Shown: positions 58,205-64,000 of the stretch, in pieces
Numbering within the stretch: position 1 is the stretch's first letter
Layout: each line of letters opens with the position of its first letter
Source of the DNA: a virus
DNA: 64,000 bases
IMG/VR virus record: IMGVR_UViG_3300034068_001120
Location: 1 to 64,000 of that record
Strand: one strand, 5' to 3'
Program-made: the position numbers and the translations under genes
Notes under the pieces: generated by a model
What the model saw: only the letters and a program-made list of their open reading frames with translations
What the model was told of the DNA's origin: nothing
Databases searched by the model: none

Positions 58205-58639
58205 TTAAATCTTTCTTGCAACACGAAGTCGGTGCAGTTTTTTTAAATATCTGGTGCGTTCGTAACTAATGTATTTAGCAGGAATCGGCAGACGAAATTC
58301 TCGGCACACTCTGGAAACCTCGGCTTCAGTTGATTCTTCCATAAGTAAATAGTCGGCGTGTAAAAAGATCGGATCATCTCTCATCCATTGTTTCATGTGC
58401 ACATATTCATGGACCAGAGTGAGCAGCCATTGATAGGTTCTCTTGTTTCCTGTGGCGACTCGGATAGTACCATGAATCCACAAGGCATGTATCGGAGGCT
58501 CAAAGTAGCCATCACATCTTTCTCCCTCGGCATTCACTCTTTTATTCTGGGTGATGAAAAGTCTTACATTGCACTTCTGGCAATGCGTTCGGACTGTGTC
58601 CAGAAATCGAATTACTCTAGGATTCTTCATGTAAGCCAT
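58205..58639 (-). CDS. HExxH zincin-like protein
   Basis: TLVHEYVHMKQW...EESTE; GGAGG SD. Confidence 0.7.
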   Translation of the reverse strand: MAYMKNPRVIRFLDTVRTHCQKCNVRLFITQNKRVNAEGERCDGYFEPPIHALWIHGTIRVATGNKRTYQWLLTLVHEYVHMKQWMRDDPIFLHADYLLMEESTEAEVSRVCREFRLPIPAKYISYERTRYLKKLHRLRVARKI

Positions 58640-58935
58640 AGAAAACCTCCCTGAGTATGTATTCTTATTTTATTGATCGGAGGGTAATTCTCGGTTAAAA
58701 GGTATTCGAATATACTTCTGAATAACCTTAAAGAATCAATAGAATCTAACAATTTGAAACTACAGAAGTATGTAGTATGGCGTTTTTATAATAATAAGGC
58801 GGTTAATATATTTTTCCAAAATAAATATTCTTTCCGTGTCACAATTTCCTCCTGGACCGCGGCAGGGGTTTCTGAGAACTATGACTTTTTAAGATATAAC
58901 ATATTGTTTGATAGTTTAATCCCGTGGAATTCTCC

Positions 58936-59092
58936 CACTGGGTCCAGGGGAGCGGGTAATTTATATTTTAATCGGATCTCGGATAACATATTATTCAGTC
59001 GGACTCTCACCGGCCAAGGGTCCCTGGCAAAGTTCACGGGGTCCAGGGGAACGCGTAAATAATATTTTAATCGGCTCTGACTTAACATATTA
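58936..59092. repeat. 58-bp imperfect direct repeat with a 99-bp period
   Basis: 58936-58993 vs 59035-59092, 48/58 identical by manual alignment. Confidence 0.85.
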
Positions 59093-59173
59093 ATCGGATT
59101 AGATTTCGCGTGCGCCGCGCCAGCGGGTCCGGCCCAGTGTGGCGAACTATGACGCAGAACCAAAATATAAAAT

Positions 59174-59208
59174 AAAAATCCCCCAACGGACGGGGGTTCG
59201 TCGGGGGA
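59174..59208 (-). terminator. Intrinsic terminator
   Basis: TCCCCCGACG-loop-CGTTGGGGGA-TTTTT. Confidence 0.8.
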
Positions 59209-59250
59209 CAGATGTCGGAGCGGTGAAACGCGCGACCTGTTATGTAGACT

Positions 59251-59472
59251 TCATCCCAATCTTCTAATGGGATAAGCCGTCGATCCATTGTCGGAGACTT
59301 GAAACAATGTACTAGATCCATCTTGAAACTGAACCACTATCTCATCGCCATACAGCACGGCAGATTGGGCTTTGGAGGTCACCGTACACATAGGAGAGTT
59401 CCAACCACCCTTCCACAACAAGACTCGGCCAGACTTAACTGTAACAAACATTTGATCTGTGTTGTCTTCCAT
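59251..59472 (-). CDS. Hypothetical beta-rich protein
   Basis: 73 aa, AAGGA SD. Confidence 0.7.
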   Translation of the reverse strand: MEDNTDQMFVTVKSGRVLLWKGGWNSPMCTVTSKAQSAVLYGDEIVVQFQDGSSTLFQVSDNGSTAYPIRRLG

Positions 59473-59498
59473 TTGAGTTCCTTTAATATATTTGTTTG

Positions 59499-59538
59499 AA
59501 AAAGAAACCCCGACAACTAGTTTAGTAATTGTCGGGGT
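59499..59538 (-). terminator. Intrinsic terminator
   Basis: ACCCCGACAA-loop-TTGTCGGGGT-TTCTTTTT. Confidence 0.85.
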
Positions 59539-59542
59539 CTGT

Positions 59543-59654
59543 GTAAGATCATCATAAACTATCTGCTAGATCTTTCGATGAAACAGATAAGGATTTTTAT
59601 TCACTACATGGTTTATGGCTGAACTGATGATCTCACTATAGTGTACACATAAAC
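59543..59654 (-). ncRNA. Candidate structured RNA
   Basis: Nested stems GTGAGATCAT/ATGATCTTAC, CATAAAC/GTTTATG, TATCTGT/GCAGATA, ATC-GAAA-GAT. Confidence 0.5.
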
Positions 59655-59981
59655 TTATATAATATTCTGTGCAGATTTCATTCCTTTAACATTAGGTGAA
59701 CCGGCCTTGCGTCCTCGCTTGTTGTCGTTCACCGTCAAAGTACTGACATCCACATTCAGTTCAGGAATCAGGTAGTAGCCTCGTCCTGCTCGTCGATTCT
59801 GTGTAATTGCGATCCAAGCAGGAATAGCAACATAGACAGAGTTCTCCAAGACTTCCACCAAGTCTTTGCGTGACACCTGACACTCGTTGAGTACTGTCAG
59901 GCTATTACGATTGACTTGAAGAAAGGTGATGAAGTCCACCTGACCTTGTGTATAAGTTGAAGACATAATTGAATTAGACAT
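59655..59981 (-). CDS. Stand-alone paralogue of the AAA+ ATPase N-terminal domain
   Basis: PAWI...RRAGRGYYLIPEL vs PAWI...RKQGRGIYSVPEL. Confidence 0.72.
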   Translation of the reverse strand: MSNSIMSSTYTQGQVDFITFLQVNRNSLTVLNECQVSRKDLVEVLENSVYVAIPAWIAITQNRRAGRGYYLIPELNVDVSTLTVNDNKRGRKAGSPNVKGMKSAQNII

Positions 59982-60041
59982 TAGATTTCTTTCTGTTGAA
60001 TTGATTTGAATAATGAAACACGATGAGTCATAGCCCTTGGG

Positions 60042-60515
60042 TTATTTGATTCTATGCACCTCCACAGTTGGTGAGGCAAGAGAGTTCACCCAATTTATAA
60101 TTTGAATGAGCGCACTCACATCCACCATCTTACAAAATAGTCCGTCACCAAATGCCACCCAATTCTTTTGAGGATCAAGAATGGATACTTCGGCACGAAC
60201 TACATCAGGAATAAATTCGAATCGAATGTTGAGAAGTGATTGAGGAAGTCCTAATGGATTCACATCATCAGATGAACCATCCAACTCCTCTTGTTGAGGA
60301 GTGTAAATGTTAAGAACATATCCGTTTGGAAACTTCATTGTGAACTGTGATCCTGCGGGTTCGTAATGCGGTCCTGGAACTGCTGTAATATTTCGATTGG
60401 AGAATCCTGCAAAATCATTAGCCAAGTCTTTGATGTCGGCAGATGCACGACCTTGAACCGCTAATTCATTCTGATGAAGTCTATTATCCACGGCGTTTGT
60501 AATTGGTTGTGTCAT
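60042..60515 (-). CDS. Hypothetical protein
   Basis: 157 aa; FTMKFPNGY, AEVSIL motifs. Confidence 0.7.
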   Translation of the reverse strand: MTQPITNAVDNRLHQNELAVQGRASADIKDLANDFAGFSNRNITAVPGPHYEPAGSQFTMKFPNGYVLNIYTPQQEELDGSSDDVNPLGLPQSLLNIRFEFIPDVVRAEVSILDPQKNWVAFGDGLFCKMVDVSALIQIINWVNSLASPTVEVHRIK

Positions 60516-60536
60516 TTTGTTTCTTTCTTTTATATT

Positions 60537-61814
60537 TTAGATTGGACAGATTGTTGGAGAAACACTAGACGGAACTACGGCAGGAGCAGGAGATCCTTCG
60601 GCAGGACGCATTTGAGTATCGGCATCCACCTTGGTGTAGAACTCCATAAAGGATTGCTTTGTATCCTCGTCGAAGCGAGACACACATCGTTCAATGGCAG
60701 TCATCTTGTCTCCGAAGATTGAGAAGCCAAACACAATGTCTCGCAGTCGGCGGGTCGTGATGATGTCAGACACAACATTCTGCTTGAATGACTTGCGAAT
60801 AATGTCTGCCCAATTCACCAAGTTCACAATGAATGCAGAGTCATCGACTCCAACCGACTCGGCATACTTGGTGAGAATCTTGTTCTCGGTTGCAATGCCT
60901 GCATAATCCTGCTCGTAAGTAAAGCGGAAGCGTTCCAAGAAGGCTTCGTTCATTTGGTTTGTGCCAATGAATCTGCCGTCAGAACATCCCTTGCCTTTGG
61001 TGTTGGCAGTTGCGACAACGGTGAATCCTGCAACAGGTCTGACAAACATTCCAATCTTTGGAATAAACTTTCCCTTGCCTTCCAAGATACTTTGAAGACA
61101 CATAATGAGATGAGTTCCCAAGTCCACTTCGTCGAGAAGAAGAACAGCACCTCGTTGCATTGCAACAAGAGCAGGTCCAGGACAGAATACAGTTTCGCCA
61201 TTCTGCAATCTGAATCCACCGATCAATTCATCTTCGTCGGTCTGTGCAGTAAGATTCACACGAATACATTCTCGATTCAGTTGAGCGCAAACTTGCTCAA
61301 CCATTGTGGTCTTGCCATTACCTGACAAGCCTGTGATGAAGATTGGACAGAACGAACCTGACTTCACAATCTTCTTGATCTCATTGTGATATCCCCACGG
61401 AATATAATTATCATCTTCAAGAGGAATAAAAGTATTGCCGATATCTGTTTGTGATGCAGTCTTGATAAGACTTGCGGTTGTGGTGGTGGTGCTGTTGGTG
61501 GTGGTTGGTTTCATTGGTGTAATGGTTTCTGTTGTTGTGGGTGTGATGATGGCAGGAGTAGATACTTTGTTGCGGTTGCGAGTGTTTGGAATCACGGTGA
61601 TGTCTGTGTCTTTGGCAAACAATTCAGGAACAGAATAAATTCCTCTGCCTTGCTTGCGATCTTCTGACATAATCCAAGCAGGAACGATTGAGTATCCTGC
61701 TTTGCAAGCAATGGTGTTGAGCAGACTGAACTCAAACATATCGGTTGGTTGGGTGGGAAGGAATGGTCGGGCAGATTTCACGAAGAGGAATTGTGTGGTG
61801 GTGAGTGTGTGCAT
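60537..61814 (-). CDS. MoxR/CobS-like AAA+ ATPase
   Basis: ITGLSGNGKT, DEDELIGG, LLLDEVD, ATANTKGKG, NEAFLERF, ITTRRL; start moved to MHTL (AAGGA SD). Confidence 0.93.
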   Translation of the reverse strand: MHTLTTTQFLFVKSARPFLPTQPTDMFEFSLLNTIACKAGYSIVPAWIMSEDRKQGRGIYSVPELFAKDTDITVIPNTRNRNKVSTPAIITPTTTETITPMKPTTTNSTTTTTASLIKTASQTDIGNTFIPLEDDNYIPWGYHNEIKKIVKSGSFCPIFITGLSGNGKTTMVEQVCAQLNRECIRVNLTAQTDEDELIGGFRLQNGETVFCPGPALVAMQRGAVLLLDEVDLGTHLIMCLQSILEGKGKFIPKIGMFVRPVAGFTVVATANTKGKGCSDGRFIGTNQMNEAFLERFRFTYEQDYAGIATENKILTKYAESVGVDDSAFIVNLVNWADIIRKSFKQNVVSDIITTRRLRDIVFGFSIFGDKMTAIERCVSRFDEDTKQSFMEFYTKVDADTQMRPAEGSPAPAVVPSSVSPTICPI

Positions 61815-61833
61815 TGTGTCCTTTGTTATATAA

Positions 61834-61861
61834 AGTATATGTCGTAAATGGGGGTTGTCAA
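61834..61861 (-). promoter_or_regulatory. Sigma70-type promoter
   Basis: TTGACA-16 nt-TATACT. Confidence 0.72.
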
Positions 61862-61891
61862 ATAATGCGGTCAATTTTTCAAAGATTTATT

Positions 61892-64000
61892 TTATGTTCC
61901 AAGAGTCTCGCCGATCAGGGTGGCAACCGATTTGAGTGATCCAATTGCGGATTGATTGGCAATGAATGCCTTCTGCAATTCTGTTTTGGACTTTGCCGTG
62001 TTCATATTCTTTGACACAGTTTCCAACATACCTTGAGCAGAATAACCAATCTCTCCGTTCTGTTGACGAGCAATACGATTCTGATCAACAACGATTGCAG
62101 TATCAAATCCGTCAACTGCACATCGAACGAATCCATCTCGTTTCCAATTACAATTCGGAAGTTCTGTTGCGCCTTTGATTTGATGAGCAGGAGATCCTTT
62201 CGACCAATGCAACTTAATCCAATGAATTGCTGTTCCTGTTCGCTTTCGGATAATGTCACAGGCAATCCACACAGAAGTAGATTGAACTGTAAGAGTCTTG
62301 TCCAATTCTTCAATGTTATATTTAAGTCCTGTCACAGGATCAGAAATAATAATGTTGCTGTGTCTGTGTCGATTTGAACCATCGGAATTCTTTCTGTCAC
62401 TTGGAAGAAAGAATCCATCACAAGAATCTCCGTCAGTCAAGACAACCAAGTGAGTGGACTGAAGATTATTCTTTGCCTTGAACTCCTCAATAGTTTCCAC
62501 AATTTCAATCAATGCCGAAGTGGTTGGAGTTCCACTCAAATGATATTGATTATGCTTTGCACAATTATCAATGTCCTGCCAATTCCACAGAATACTCTTT
62601 CCCTTTTCATACTCGGCATTTGTCATCTTGGATGACAACCAATTCAGAAGATGAATGGGATGCATTTTCACATTGTCCTTGTCGTATTTTCTATCCGTTC
62701 GACTCGACAAATCTTCTCCGCTTGAGTTGCTAAAATCATTTGGAGTCCAAGTATGATCAGAGAATGCAAAGACTTCAAATGGAATTCCACTTCGTCGGCA
62801 AAAGTCTGTGAGAATAATAAGTTGTCCAATGGTTGATCGCATAATTCCCTGCATTGAACCCGACCAATCCAACAGAATAATAATGCCGTGATTCTTTCCT
62901 TTGGCAATCTTTACAGTTCTGCGAAAGACATCATCAGACCAACGATAAGAATTCATTCTCAAAGTATCAAGCGCACCTGTCTTTGCAACAGAAGAACGAT
63001 GAAACAAGTCCGCAGCTTGTTTTCTTGCAAAAGCCTGTGACATTGTTCTGCTTGCATCAGTATAATCTTTCACCTTGATTGGAGTGAGAACTTTCTGCAA
63101 ATCCAAATTGTTTGGTTTGGATGCAATAATCAAATCAACATCTTTCAGAATCATATTGTAAGTCACAATCACATTTGGATGCTTTGGTGGAAGTGTGCAA
63201 AGATAATGATTGTCCATTGGACTTGTTTTAGCAGTGCTTGCCATTTTTTCAATTGCCTGTTCCATCATCTTGTTTGTTGATGGAGTTGGCAATTGTTGCT
63301 GTTGGTGTTGCTGTTGTGGTTTCTGCTGTGAAACTTTAGATTCTGACGATTCTTTGGAAGAAGATTCACCTTCTTCTCCTTCGCCTTCGCCTTCTCCTGC
63401 TTGTTGTTCTGCCGATGGATCATTCTCCATCTCCACAGGATGATTCTGTCCCTGTGATTTGCAGAATTTAATAATTTTCACCGCAAGATCAACAACATTC
63501 TGAAATGATTGTGTTCGTTCCATCAGCGGAATAAACTGCGATTCAGCGGAAGAAAAAGGAATCACAACATTAGAATGAATGCCCAATTTGAAGTGAAGAT
63601 TCAACCGATCTGCAAAGCAAGCAGTCGGGAATGTGGAAGGCTTTCCAAAGAATTCCTGTGCAACAAAGTATTCATAAGCCAAGTAGAAATCTCGTTTCAA
63701 GCCTTGAAACTTGTTCTTGATAAGTCTTTCAATTCTTGCATCTTCCACAATATTCAAATATGATTTGGCTTGTTCTGTGGAACATCCTGTTTGCTTTGCA
63801 ATAAAATCCATTCCATCCACCCATTCTTTGGCAGGAGTCCACAAAGCGTGTCCGACTTCGTGTCCAACCAACATATCATATGTTGATTCTGAAGCAGTCT
63901 CCCACAGAGGAAGAAAGAGTGTTCGTGTTTTAAGATTAAACATTGCAGTCGGAATCTTTTCGTGGAGAATTGTAATGTTCTCGGATGCGAGAAGTTTCGC
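61892..64000 (-). CDS. CobT-like VWA protein with an N-terminal HExxH domain (5' end beyond the window)
   Basis: Frame open to the edge (AKLLASENI...); GHEVGHAL, NIVEDARIE, MIDAS LDWSGSM, GTP, VLTDG. Confidence 0.9.
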   Translation of the reverse strand, partial: AKLLASENITILHEKIPTAMFNLKTRTLFLPLWETASESTYDMLVGHEVGHALWTPAKEWVDGMDFIAKQTGCSTEQAKSYLNIVEDARIERLIKNKFQGLKRDFYLAYEYFVAQEFFGKPSTFPTACFADRLNLHFKLGIHSNVVIPFSSAESQFIPLMERTQSFQNVVDLAVKIIKFCKSQGQNHPVEMENDPSAEQQAGEGEGEGEEGESSSKESSESKVSQQKPQQQHQQQQLPTPSTNKMMEQAIEKMASTAKTSPMDNHYLCTLPPKHPNVIVTYNMILKDVDLIIASKPNNLDLQKVLTPIKVKDYTDASRTMSQAFARKQAADLFHRSSVAKTGALDTLRMNSYRWSDDVFRRTVKIAKGKNHGIIILLDWSGSMQGIMRSTIGQLIILTDFCRRSGIPFEVFAFSDHTWTPNDFSNSSGEDLSSRTDRKYDKDNVKMHPIHLLNWLSSKMTNAEYEKGKSILWNWQDIDNCAKHNQYHLSGTPTTSALIEIVETIEEFKAKNNLQSTHLVVLTDGDSCDGFFLPSDRKNSDGSNRHRHSNIIISDPVTGLKYNIEELDKTLTVQSTSVWIACDIIRKRTGTAIHWIKLHWSKGSPAHQIKGATELPNCNWKRDGFVRCAVDGFDTAIVVDQNRIARQQNGEIGYSAQGMLETVSKNMNTAKSKTELQKAFIANQSAIGSLKSVATLIGETLGT

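Noticed and set aside
58936-59092. CRISPR mini-array
   Set aside because: Only two long imperfect units, not palindromic, and no cas gene in the window
58879-59163. ORF with repeated NMLS..RLKY...PLDPV peptides, and antisense ORF 58754-59062
   Set aside because: The peptide repeat follows from the 99-bp DNA period; there is no convincing SD and the minus-strand ORF lies just after a terminator
59570-59636. Hammerhead ribozyme on the plus strand (CTGATGA and GAAA present)
   Set aside because: Flanks do not form stems I-III in the required register
60537-64000. Cobalamin biosynthesis (cobS/cobT) as auxiliary metabolism
   Set aside because: Similarity is at the MoxR/VWA family level; no cobN or other cob genes are present

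Overview
AT-rich segment of a large T4-like myovirus genome, with a gene organisation like that of aquatic T4-like phages; the host cannot be read from the sequence. Standard genetic code; I saw no introns, CRISPR array or transposase. 1-33.5 kb (minus strand) is the virion module: gp48-53-27-like-5-PAAR-25-6-7-8-VrlC-like-fibre-13-14-15-16-17-18-19-20-(67/68)-21-22. 33.6-38.5 kb (plus strand) is gp4-gp2-gp54-gp26-gp51-tape measure, ending at a bidirectional terminator against gp32/gp33. 39.7-64 kb is an accessory region with five dispersed tRNAs (Glu-UUC, Ile-UAU, Leu-UAA, Lys-UUU, Arg-UCU), UvsE, an ATP-dependent ligase, a metallophosphoesterase, DUF4406, an FmdB Zn-ribbon, a MoxR/CobS-like ATPase with a VWA-peptidase partner and many small ORFs. 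The most notable signals are: (i) a pervasive G-x-T (occasionally G-x-C) motif concentrated in outer virion proteins, a candidate modification sequon; (ii) a T-TTT-TTT slippery site that would fuse gp26 to a start-poor gp51 by a -1 frameshift just before the tape measure gene; (iii) a 60-nt tRNA half-mimic and an atypical tRNA-Ile(UAU); (iv) direct-repeat-flanked mini-cassettes and membrane micropeptides; (v) a repeat/structured-RNA island at 58.7-59.65 kb. All protein calls rest on recalled motifs and synteny; no searches were run.
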